The translations under genes were made by a program, and so were the position numbers. Positions 18,373 through 26,886 of a DNA stretch of 64,000 nucleotides are shown piece after piece (within the stretch, counting starts at the first letter, position 1; every line of letters starts with the position of its first letter). Source of the DNA: Vicinamibacterales bacterium (GTDB lineage: Bacteria > Acidobacteriota > Vicinamibacteria > Vicinamibacterales > UBA2999); contig JAWKHS010000022.1 of assembly GCA_041394705.1 (NCBI GenBank), forward strand, positions 17,299-81,298, in the 5' to 3' direction. The notes beneath the pieces were generated by a model, which saw only the letters and a list, made by a program, of their open reading frames with translations, did not search any database and was not told where the DNA came from.

Positions 18373-18996
18373 TCAGCGAAGGACGATCCGCAGCGCCAGC
18401 GTGAGGAGCGCGACCGACGTCGCGAGGCCAAGGGCGCGCCGCGCGCCCGGACGTCCCAGAACGGTCCTCAGCCGGTGCAGGGCGAGCGTCCACGAGGCGT
18501 GACAGCCGAAGGTGAGCGCCACGTGGCAGACGGCGAGGACGCCGTAGGCGCCACGCGGCCACGAGGGCCGGATGAACGTCGGGACGGCCGCCAGGTAGAA
18601 CGAGAACGTCGCCGGCCCCAGGAGCGCCACCGTCAGGCCCTCCCGCCAGCTGCGATGGTGCATGCCCTGTGCGGGGGCCAGCGTCGTCATGAGCGTGGGC
18701 GCGGCGCGCACGGCCAGCCAGCCGCTCCGAATCCCGAGGTAGGCAAGATACGCGGCCCCGACGAGCCGCACGGCCTCGAGCGCGCCCGGCCACACCCGGA
18801 GCAGCGTGGCGCCCCCCAGCCCTGCCGCCGTGGCGTGAGTCGCGTTGGCGCAGGCGGCGCCGAGCGCCGTCGACAGCCCGGCGCGCCGTCCGCCGTCCAG
18901 GGTGTTCTTGACGACCACCGCGGTCGTGGACCCGGGCGTCGCCGCGAAGAGCAGCGCGTAGCCCAGGAACGCCGCGAACAGCGGGTCGGAGACCAT
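18373..18996 (-). CDS. LysE/RhtB family amino-acid exporter
   Basis: ORF 18373..19845 was trimmed to ATG 18996. The product is about 207 aa with six hydrophobic segments (MVSDPLFAAFLGYALLFAATPG...). The start overlaps the stop of ctaA (TGATG). Confidence 0.85.
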   Translation of the reverse strand: MVSDPLFAAFLGYALLFAATPGSTTAVVVKNTLDGGRRAGLSTALGAACANATHATAAGLGGATLLRVWPGALEAVRLVGAAYLAYLGIRSGWLAVRAAPTLMTTLAPAQGMHHRSWREGLTVALLGPATFSFYLAAVPTFIRPSWPRGAYGVLAVCHVALTFGCHASWTLALHRLRTVLGRPGARRALGLATSVALLTLALRIVLR

Positions 18997-19967
18997 CAGG
19001 CCGGCCGCGCGGCCGCGGCCGGCGGCGGCGCCGGCCAGCGCCAGGCGATGAGTCCGAGCGCGGTCAGGGCCCCCAGGAGCACGCTGGCGGTGGTCAGGTG
19101 GACGACCTGGGCCGGCGGGGGCAGGGCGAAGGCCGTGAGGGTCATGCCCGCCGCGATCTGCACGGCCGCCGCCGCCAGCGCGATGTGCGACGCCAGCGCC
19201 AGCGCCCGGTGGCCCGGATGCGTCAGCCGCGCCCACACCCACAAGCCGACCACGGCCAGCACGACCACCGCGGCCACGTCGCGGTGCGTGGCGTCGATGG
19301 CGCCCACTGTCTGCAGGGCCTCGGCCCGGGGCACGTCCGGGAGCGCGTCGTCCACGCGGCCGCGGACCTGCGTGCCGAGCGCCACCTGCGCCAGGAGGAG
19401 CGCCGTCGCCGCCCAGGCCGCCCAGCCGAAGCGCGTCAGCGCCGGCGACGCGGCAGCGGGCGTCGTCGAGCCGGCGGAGCCGCGCGGGGCGTCCTCCACC
19501 AGCGACTCCACGGTGGCCCAGAGCAGCAGCTGCACGATGACCAGGGCCACCACCATGTGGGCGGTGACGATCCAGGGCGCGAGCGCGTGCGCCACCACGC
19601 GTCCGCCGAGCCAGCCCTCGTAGCCCGTGAGCAGCACGGCGGCCACGACCGGCCACAGGATGCGCGGCGACCGACGATGGCGGCGCCAGGCGGCGATGGT
19701 CGTCCCCAGAATCGCGAAGCCGACGCTGACCCCCAGGAGCCGGTTGAGGTACTCCGTCCACATCAGCGTCGGGTTGAACTCGGCGGGGTCGAAGCCGGCC
19801 GGCAGCTCCGCCGCCGAGGCCGGCGGAATCCACGAGCCGAAGCATCGCGGCCAGTCCGGACAGCCGAGGCCGGCGCCGGACGCGCGCACGAGGCCGCCAA
19901 CGGCGATGAGGAGATAGGTGAGGGCCGTCGTGGTGACGGCCAGCCGTTGGAACGAGGTCAGGCGCAT
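18996..19967 (-). CDS. ctaA: Heme A synthase (COX15/CtaA)
   Basis: Motif GGLVRASGAGLGCPDWPRC, multiple TM helices and conserved His residues. I preferred ATG 19967 (GGAG 6 nt upstream) over the ORF-track start at 19991. Confidence 0.85.
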   Translation of the reverse strand: MRLTSFQRLAVTTTALTYLLIAVGGLVRASGAGLGCPDWPRCFGSWIPPASAAELPAGFDPAEFNPTLMWTEYLNRLLGVSVGFAILGTTIAAWRRHRRSPRILWPVVAAVLLTGYEGWLGGRVVAHALAPWIVTAHMVVALVIVQLLLWATVESLVEDAPRGSAGSTTPAAASPALTRFGWAAWAATALLLAQVALGTQVRGRVDDALPDVPRAEALQTVGAIDATHRDVAAVVVLAVVGLWVWARLTHPGHRALALASHIALAAAAVQIAAGMTLTAFALPPPAQVVHLTTASVLLGALTALGLIAWRWPAPPPAAAARPA

Positions 19968-20022
19968 GGGACGCTCCGCGCGATCGTACATCGCGCGGGC
20001 CCCGCGGGGGCGCGCCTGGCGG

Positions 20023-21459
20023 CTACGCGCTGGCGCCGGCCGGTTCGCCCGCCGGGGCCTCGGCCTCCGGGGCGTCGGCCTCGGTCGGCGGCGCGTCGTG
20101 CGCCTCGAAGGTGGCGAAATCGAGCTGGCCGAGCATGCGGCTCGTCACGGTCCCGGCCGTCATCGATCCGCTGACGTTGATGGCGGTGCGGCCCATGTCG
20201 ATGAGGGGCTCCACCGAGATGAGCAGGCCGGCGAGCGCCACCGGCAGATTCAGGGCCGACAGCACGACGATGGCGGCGAAGGTCGCCCCGCCGCCGACGC
20301 CGGCGATGCCCACCGAACCCAGGGTCGCGATGCCGATGAGCGAGGCCATGAACGGCAGCGACGTGGGGTCGATGCCGGCGCCTGGCGCGATCATCACCGC
20401 CAGCATCGCCGGGTACAGGCCGGCGCAGCCGTTCTGCCCGATGGTGGCGCCGAAGCTGGCCGCGAAGTTCGCCACGGCCGGCGGCACGCCCAGGCGCGCC
20501 ACCTGCGTCTCCACGCTGAGCGGGATGGTGGCGGCGCTGGACCGCGACGTGAACGCGAAGGTCAGCACCGGCAGCACCTTCTGGTAGAACTTCACGGGGT
20601 TCAGCCCCGTTCCGGTCAGGATGGCGGCGTGCATCAGCAGGATGATCGCCAGGCCGAGGTACGAGGCGACGACGAACCCGCCCAGGTTGTAGATGTCGTC
20701 CACGTTCGACGTGGCGACCACGCGCGTCATCAGCGCCAGGACGCCGTAGGGCGTCAGCCGCAGCACCATGCGGACGAGCCGCAGCACGAGCTGCTGCACG
20801 GTGTCGATGGCCTCCTGCACCTTCTCGCCCACCTCGGGCTTCTCCCGCTTGAGCGCCAGGACGGCGAAGCCGAGCATGGCCGAGAAGACCACGACCGCCA
20901 TGATCGACGTGGAGCGCGTGCCGGCCATGTCCGCGAAGATGTTCGTCGGGACCATCTGCTGCAGGAGCGTCGGGAGATCGAGGCGGGCGGCCTCGGCCAC
21001 CCGGTTCTCCATCATCGTGCCCCGCTCGAGCTCCCGGGCGCCCTGGACGATGCCCTCGGCCCGCAGCCCGAAGAGGGTCGCCATGCCGATCCCGATGCCG
21101 GCCGAGATGGCCGTCGTCAGGAGCAGCATCCCGATGACGCCGCCGCTGATCTTCCCGAGGGCGCTGGCGTCGTGGAGCTTGGTGACGGCGCCCAGGATGG
21201 AGACGAACACGAGCGGCGTCACCACCATCTGGAGGAGCCGGACGTAGATGCCCCCGACCACGCCCACCCAGGTCATCGTGCCGGAGACCGCCTGGCTGCC
21301 CAGGCCCCACGCCGTCTGCGCGAGCGCACCCAGCACGACGCCCAGCAGCACCGACAGGAGCACGTTGCTCGAGATCGACGCGCCGTGCTTCCGCCGCTGG
21401 TAGAGGTAGCCCATCGTGAGGACGAAGACGGCCACGTTGACGATCACGGGTAGATTCAT
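20023..21459 (-). CDS. Dicarboxylate/amino acid:cation symporter (DAACS family)
   Basis: The full-length match to the GltP/TcyP-type architecture includes FAFTSRSSAATIPLS and GATIGQNGCAGLYPAM. GGAG lies upstream of the ATG. Confidence 0.9.
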   Translation of the reverse strand: MNLPVIVNVAVFVLTMGYLYQRRKHGASISSNVLLSVLLGVVLGALAQTAWGLGSQAVSGTMTWVGVVGGIYVRLLQMVVTPLVFVSILGAVTKLHDASALGKISGGVIGMLLLTTAISAGIGIGMATLFGLRAEGIVQGARELERGTMMENRVAEAARLDLPTLLQQMVPTNIFADMAGTRSTSIMAVVVFSAMLGFAVLALKREKPEVGEKVQEAIDTVQQLVLRLVRMVLRLTPYGVLALMTRVVATSNVDDIYNLGGFVVASYLGLAIILLMHAAILTGTGLNPVKFYQKVLPVLTFAFTSRSSAATIPLSVETQVARLGVPPAVANFAASFGATIGQNGCAGLYPAMLAVMIAPGAGIDPTSLPFMASLIGIATLGSVGIAGVGGGATFAAIVVLSALNLPVALAGLLISVEPLIDMGRTAINVSGSMTAGTVTSRMLGQLDFATFEAHDAPPTEADAPEAEAPAGEPAGASA

Positions 21460-21550
21460 GGCAACTCCAGCGAGCGGCAGCTCCTCGTTCGACGCGGCGG
21501 CGCGAGGGAAGGTGTCGCGGCCGGAGTCTAGCCCCTGGCCGCGCCTGGGG

Positions 21551-22795
21551 TCAACGCGCGCCGGAGCGCCGGTCCACGACGACCCGCCCGTCCTTCATCA
21601 CCCACCGGACTCCCGTGAACAGGTCGTGGATCCGCGCCAGGGGATCGCCCTCGACGGCCACGAGGTCCGCGAGGTAGCCGGGCGCCACCCGGCCCAGCCG
21701 GTCGCCCATGCCGAGCATGGCCGCGGGGATGGTCGTGGCCGTTTCCAGGGCCTGCGCCGGCGTCATGCCCGCCTGGACGAACCACCCGAGCTCCCGGGTG
21801 TTCTGTCCGAACATCGAGTACACGGCGTCGGAGCCCATCGCCATCGGCACGCCGAGCGACACGGCCACTTTCACCGACGCCAGGTTGCGCTGGATGTAGT
21901 CGCGGAGCTTCGGCTCGGCCCCGGGATCGAACCCGTACTCGTCCTTCGCGTCCACGTAGTAGCGGTTGTGGTCCACCGTGGGCACCCACACGATGCCCCG
22001 CCGCTTCATCTCGGCCAGCGTGGCCGGATCCACGTCGGCGCCGTGCTCGACCGAGTCGGCGCCGGCCCTGACGGCGTCGGCCACCCCGCTGGCGCCGTAG
22101 GAGTGGATCGCCACCTTCTTGCCGCGCGCGTGCGCCGCGTCGACCACCGCCTTCATCTCCTCGAAGGTGACGGTCTGCGTCCCGTCCACCACCTCGAAGC
22201 TGCCGCGCGAGCCGAACACCTTGATCCAGTCGACGCCCGACGCCACGCGCGCCTCGACCAGCGACGCCATCGCGGCCGGATCCGGCGGCGCGCCGGCACG
22301 CGCCGACAGCCCGGGACCCGAGGCGAAGATCCGGGGCCCCACCATCGCGCCCGACGCCGTGAGCTCGCGCATGGCCAGGTCCATGTCGTTCCCGGCGTTC
22401 AGATCGCGGACCGTCGTCACCCCGGTTTCGAGCGTGCGGCGGGCGTTGTCCTGCGCCAGGAAGACGGTGACCGCGGGCAGCCGACGCTGGCCGCGCGGCC
22501 GCGTGCCCGGCGCCCGGTCCCAGTAATAGGTGATGTGCGTGTGGGCGTCGATGAGGCCGGGCAGGCCGACCAGGGGACGAAGGTCGACCACCGCCGCGCC
22601 CGACGGCACCGCGCCGTCGCCTTGTCCCACGGTGCGAATGCGCCCGCCCTCCACGACCACGACGGCGTCGGCCACTCGCCGCGCGCCGTCCCACAACGCG
22701 CCGAAGCGCACGGCCGTTCCCTGGGCGGCGGCGTCGGAGGCCGCGGCCAGCACGGCCGTCGACGCGAGGGCGAGCAGGAGTCGGCGTTGCGGCAT
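21551..22795 (-). CDS. Exported amidohydrolase family protein (metal-dependent hydrolase)
   Basis: Signal peptide MPQRRLLLALASTAVLAAASDAAAQG. HxH motif GLIDAHTHI. The downstream His/Asp ligand pattern is typical of amidohydrolase_1. Confidence 0.85.
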   Translation of the reverse strand: MPQRRLLLALASTAVLAAASDAAAQGTAVRFGALWDGARRVADAVVVVEGGRIRTVGQGDGAVPSGAAVVDLRPLVGLPGLIDAHTHITYYWDRAPGTRPRGQRRLPAVTVFLAQDNARRTLETGVTTVRDLNAGNDMDLAMRELTASGAMVGPRIFASGPGLSARAGAPPDPAAMASLVEARVASGVDWIKVFGSRGSFEVVDGTQTVTFEEMKAVVDAAHARGKKVAIHSYGASGVADAVRAGADSVEHGADVDPATLAEMKRRGIVWVPTVDHNRYYVDAKDEYGFDPGAEPKLRDYIQRNLASVKVAVSLGVPMAMGSDAVYSMFGQNTRELGWFVQAGMTPAQALETATTIPAAMLGMGDRLGRVAPGYLADLVAVEGDPLARIHDLFTGVRWVMKDGRVVVDRRSGAR

Positions 22796-22978
22796 GCCGC
22801 GCGAGCATGCGGGGCCGTCTCGTGAAAGTCAAGACAGGGCCCGACTGATCGAAATCCCCCGCGGTGCGGGCGAAAACGGCGAGAAGATTGCTCGTCGTTC
22901 CCAGGGCGGGACCGTGCTGCGCACGTTCACCGCCGCGTGCCCACGCCCCCTGTCGATGGGTGGGCAGAAAGGACGGAT

Positions 22979-24529
22979 ATGCATGTAGGAATTGCATGGC
23001 TCGGCCGCGCCAGCCGGACGTGCGCGACGATGGCGACCGGAATTCTTGCCGGATGCGCGGTGGCCAGCGCCCAGGTCAATCCGCCTCCGCTGAGCGGGGC
23101 CGAGAGCTTCGCGGTGCTCGGGGCGTCCAGCGTCGCCAATACCGGAGCGTCGACCTTCAGCGGCGACGTCGGCGCCGCGCCCGGCGGCACCGTCAGCGGC
23201 GTCACGCCGGCCATGCTGGCCCCGGGCAGCGTGATGCACGCCGGGGACGCCGTCGCCGCCCAGGCCCTGCACGCGGCCACGGCGGCCTATCTCGATCTGG
23301 CGGGGCGCACCTGTCCGCCCGCGAACCTCGACCCGGTCCTGGACGGCGCGTCGCTCACCGGCGGCGTGTACTGCTTCAGCGGCGACGCGGTCCTGAACAC
23401 GACGCTCACGCTGACCGGCGCAGGGCCGTGGATCTTCCAGGTGGACGGCGCGCTCACAGTAGGCCCGGCCGCCACGGTGGTCCTGCCACCGGTGGCGCCC
23501 GCCACCTGCAGCGGCTCCGACGTCTTCTGGCAGGTGGGCGACGCCAGCATCGCGACACCGCCCACGGCCGTCACCCTCGGCGCCGGTGCGGTGTTCGTCG
23601 GAAACGTCCTCGCCGAGGGCGACGTGAGCGTCGGCGCCGCGGCCACGGTGGACGGCCGCGCGCTGTCGATCGGCGCTGGAGCCGCCGGCGGCACCGTGAC
23701 GACGAGCGGGGCCGCGATCACGGCGTGCAGCTACGGCCAGCCGCTGCCCACGCACACGTCCTTCAAGGTCACGGGCGGTGGCAGCATCAACGTGCCGAGC
23801 GATCCGGCGAATACGGATCCCGACGCGACCGGCACGGGCTTCGCCAACTACGGCTTCAACGCCGAGCCCGGCGCCACGGCCGGCGCGGCGAGCGGCACCT
23901 TCAACTACGTCAACCACATCCGCGCCGCGAACCTCCACGTCAACGGGCCGGTCACGGCCATGGACGTGGTGGCGCTGAATCCGGACGGCACGCCGCTGAC
24001 CGCGCGGATCTCCGGCACCTGCGACGCCGTCCTGCCGTCGTGCACCTTCAGCGTCGTGACCGAGGACAACGGCGAGCCGGGCAGGAACGACAGGTTCGGC
24101 GTGACCATCGTGTCGAACGGCCAGGTGGTGGAAGCCCGGTCGCTCCGCACGGTCCGCAACGGGAACATCCAGTTCCACTCGGCCACGCTGTCGACGACCG
24201 TCAACGCGCCGACGCTGAGGACCGGGCAGACGATGCGTCTGCACGCCACCCTGCGGAGGGACAAGACGGCGACGCCATCGGACGCCTATGTGGTGCTCCA
24301 GTTGCCCGGCGGCCAGACGCTGTCGTGGACGGGCGCGGGGCTCGTTCCCGGCCTCGTGCCGCTCGCCCGGAACTTCGTGCCCATCGACTGGGACGGCGAC
24401 ATCCTGGCCCTGCCCATTCCGCCGGGCGCGCCGCCCGGGGTCCACGTGTGGATGTCGGCGCTCACCCGGGCCGGCACCTTCGAGCTGCTGTCGGGCATCT
24501 CGCAGCGGGCGGTCACGATCGCGCCGTAG
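22979..24529 (+). CDS. Secreted ice-binding-like (DUF3494) protein with additional C-terminal beta domains
   Basis: ORF 22937 was trimmed to ATG 22979. The signal peptide ends in AVASA-QV. The DUF3494 pattern is FAVLGASSVANTGASTFSGDVGAAPGGTVSG...LTGGVYCFSGDAVLNTTLTLTG...IFQVDGALT...VFWQVG...GRALS. This is followed by FKVTGGGSI...FGFNA...GTFNYVNH...TEDNGEPGRNDRF, which looks post-COAP-1-like. Confidence 0.8.
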   Translation: MHVGIAWLGRASRTCATMATGILAGCAVASAQVNPPPLSGAESFAVLGASSVANTGASTFSGDVGAAPGGTVSGVTPAMLAPGSVMHAGDAVAAQALHAATAAYLDLAGRTCPPANLDPVLDGASLTGGVYCFSGDAVLNTTLTLTGAGPWIFQVDGALTVGPAATVVLPPVAPATCSGSDVFWQVGDASIATPPTAVTLGAGAVFVGNVLAEGDVSVGAAATVDGRALSIGAGAAGGTVTTSGAAITACSYGQPLPTHTSFKVTGGGSINVPSDPANTDPDATGTGFANYGFNAEPGATAGAASGTFNYVNHIRAANLHVNGPVTAMDVVALNPDGTPLTARISGTCDAVLPSCTFSVVTEDNGEPGRNDRFGVTIVSNGQVVEARSLRTVRNGNIQFHSATLSTTVNAPTLRTGQTMRLHATLRRDKTATPSDAYVVLQLPGGQTLSWTGAGLVPGLVPLARNFVPIDWDGDILALPIPPGAPPGVHVWMSALTRAGTFELLSGISQRAVTIAP

Positions 24530-24704
24530 CCGCCGGTTCGACGCTCGGGCGCGCCCGTGGTTCCGCAGCCGGGATCGCGGGCGTTGCTCTGTACGGCGGG
24601 CCGCGACCTGCTAGAGTGTGCCGTCGATCGGAGGCGCTCGCCCGTCGCGCCGACGGGCGTCGGGACCTCCCGAGCGGGCGGGCGCGGTGCCCGGGGAGAG
24701 GACG

Positions 24705-26873
24705 ATGCCGATGCCGAACTCGATTCTCCGGCGCCTGCTGACGGTGGGGCTCATCGCCGGCACGGCCGCGTGCACCACGACGGCGCCTCCGGTCGCAGGG
24801 CCCCCGGCCACGCGGACCGACGCCGTGGTGGACACGATCCAGGGCGAGACGTTCCCCGATCCGTATCGCTGGCTCGAGGCCCAGGACGCGGCGGAGACCC
24901 GCGAGTGGCTGGCGGCGCAGGGGGCCTACGCCGACCGCGTGCTGCCGCGTGACGACGTCCGTCTGGCGCTCGAGACGCGCATCCGCGCGCTCTCGGACCG
25001 TGCCGAGATCGGCGCGCCGCGGCGTGGGGGCGCGTTCGAGTACTTCACGCTGCGCCGGGTCGGCGAGGAGCTCGCGTCCATCGTCCGGCGGTCGGTGCCG
25101 GACGCGGCGCCGGGCACCGGAGGCCGCCGCGACGCGATCGATCCCACCGCCCCGTACGACGTGGTGGTGGATCCCGCGCCGCTCAGCGACGACCTGACGA
25201 CGCGGGTGGAGGTGACGGCCGTGGACCGGCAGGGCCGCCACCTGCTGTACGGCGTGCGCGACGGCGGCCAGGACGAATTCGCGCTGAAGATCCGCGACCT
25301 CGGCACGGGCCAGGACCTGCCGGACCACTTCCCCGCCGCGCTGTACAGCAGCGTGGTGCTCACGACGAGCGGCGACGGCTTCTACTACAGCGTCCGATCG
25401 CGGCAGACGGGCGCCCGCATCCGCCGCCATGCCTGGGGCACGGACCCGTCGAGCGATCCGCTCGTGTTCGGCGAGGGCTACGGACCGACGGCGTTCGTCT
25501 CGGTGCTCCAGTCCGACGACGGGGCCTGGCTGGTCTTCACCGTCCAGCACGGGTGGGCGACGACGGACGTCTTCGCCCTGGACCTGAGGGCAAAGGGCGG
25601 CACGCCGTTCGCCGTGGTCGAAGGCGCCGACGCGCGCTTCTATCCGCGGTTCGTGAACGGCGAGCTGTGGATGCGGACGGACCTCGACGCCCCCAGGAAC
25701 CGCGTGGTGGCCGTGGATCTCAGGCGCCCGGCGCGGGCCGCCTGGCGCACCGTGATCGCCGAGCAGCCAGAGGTGATCGAGGACGTCTCGGTCATCGGCG
25801 ACACGCTCGTCGCCCAGGTGATCGACGACGGCGCCAACCGCCTGATCACGTTCACCCGGAAGGGCGAGCGCACGGGCGAGCTGGCCGTGCCGCCGCGGCA
25901 CTCGGCGTCGATTCGCGGCGACGGCCCGGGCCGCGCCCTCGTCACGCTCGAGTCCTTCGATGCGCCCGAGACCACGTGGCGGGTCGATCTCGCGACGGGC
26001 ACCCGCGTGCTCGACCGCGGAGCCGAGATCCCCTTCGACGGGTCGGGCATGACGGTGACCCGCGGCGACGCCACCTCGAAAGACGGCACGACGGTGCCGG
26101 TCTGGGTGCTGCACAAGACGGACCTGCCCCGCACCGGAACGACCCCGACGCTCCTCTTCGGCTACGGCGGGTTCTACGCGGCCCAGAAGCCGTCGTTCTC
26201 GCCGATGGCGGCCGCCTGGGTGGAACACGGCGGCGTGTACGCGATGGCGGTGCTGCGCGGCGGCAGCGAGTTCGGCGAGACGTGGCACCGCGACGGGATG
26301 CTCACGAACAAGCAGCACGTCTTCGACGACTTCGTGGCGGCCGCCGAGTGGCTCGTGCGCGAACGCTACACGAGTCCGGCGGCGCTCGGCATCATGGGGA
26401 CCAGCAACGGCGGGCTGCTCGTGGGCGCCGCGCTCACGCAGCGGCCGGATCTCTTCCGCGCCGTGCTCTGCGGGTTCCCGGACGTGGACATCCTGCGCTT
26501 CAACCAGTACACGGCCAACAACAACATGCCGGCGCTGCTCGAGTACGGCGATGCCGCGATCAAGGCGCAGTTCGACGCCATCAAGCAGTACTCGCCGTAC
26601 CAGCAGGTGCGCGCCGGCACGGCGTATCCCGCCGTGATGCTCTCCTCAGGCGACCGCGACACGCGCGTGCCGCCGCTGGCGGCGCGCAAGTTCACGGCGC
26701 GCCTGCAGGCCTCGTCGATCTCGGGGCGGCCCGTGATCCTGCGCTACCACCCGAAGGCCGGCCACGCCGCCAACCGCGGCCTTCCCTTCTCGCGCCGGGT
26801 CGAGGACACGGCCGCCGAGATGGCCTTCATGGCGAAGGAGCTGGGCCTGCCGCTCCCGCGGCCCGGCGCCTGA
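24705..26873 (+). CDS. Prolyl oligopeptidase (S9A) lipoprotein
   Basis: ORF 24618 was trimmed to ATG 24705. Lipobox IAGTAAC. N-terminal motif FPDPYRWLE. The nucleophile elbow is GTSNGGLL, within a C-terminal alpha/beta-hydrolase domain. Confidence 0.9.
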   Translation: MPMPNSILRRLLTVGLIAGTAACTTTAPPVAGPPATRTDAVVDTIQGETFPDPYRWLEAQDAAETREWLAAQGAYADRVLPRDDVRLALETRIRALSDRAEIGAPRRGGAFEYFTLRRVGEELASIVRRSVPDAAPGTGGRRDAIDPTAPYDVVVDPAPLSDDLTTRVEVTAVDRQGRHLLYGVRDGGQDEFALKIRDLGTGQDLPDHFPAALYSSVVLTTSGDGFYYSVRSRQTGARIRRHAWGTDPSSDPLVFGEGYGPTAFVSVLQSDDGAWLVFTVQHGWATTDVFALDLRAKGGTPFAVVEGADARFYPRFVNGELWMRTDLDAPRNRVVAVDLRRPARAAWRTVIAEQPEVIEDVSVIGDTLVAQVIDDGANRLITFTRKGERTGELAVPPRHSASIRGDGPGRALVTLESFDAPETTWRVDLATGTRVLDRGAEIPFDGSGMTVTRGDATSKDGTTVPVWVLHKTDLPRTGTTPTLLFGYGGFYAAQKPSFSPMAAAWVEHGGVYAMAVLRGGSEFGETWHRDGMLTNKQHVFDDFVAAAEWLVRERYTSPAALGIMGTSNGGLLVGAALTQRPDLFRAVLCGFPDVDILRFNQYTANNNMPALLEYGDAAIKAQFDAIKQYSPYQQVRAGTAYPAVMLSSGDRDTRVPPLAARKFTARLQASSISGRPVILRYHPKAGHAANRGLPFSRRVEDTAAEMAFMAKELGLPLPRPGA

Positions 26874-26886
26874 GCGCGCGCCGCGC

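Noticed and set aside
17433-18431. The N-terminal 333 codons of ORF 15000..18431.
   Set aside because: The extension overlaps the DUF1223 gene on the opposite strand and has a junk-like composition. A signal peptide begins at GTG 17432.
24584-24617. TTGCTC ... TAGAGT as a promoter for the prolyl oligopeptidase gene.
   Set aside because: The spacer is 22 nt, outside the functional range. Only the -10-like TAGAGT (24612-24617) is noteworthy.
24640-24658. The hairpin GCCCGTCG-cgc-CGACGGGC as the terminator of the ice-binding-like gene.
   Set aside because: It has no U-tract and lies ~110 nt after the stop, inside the probable leader of the prolyl oligopeptidase gene. Its function is indeterminate.
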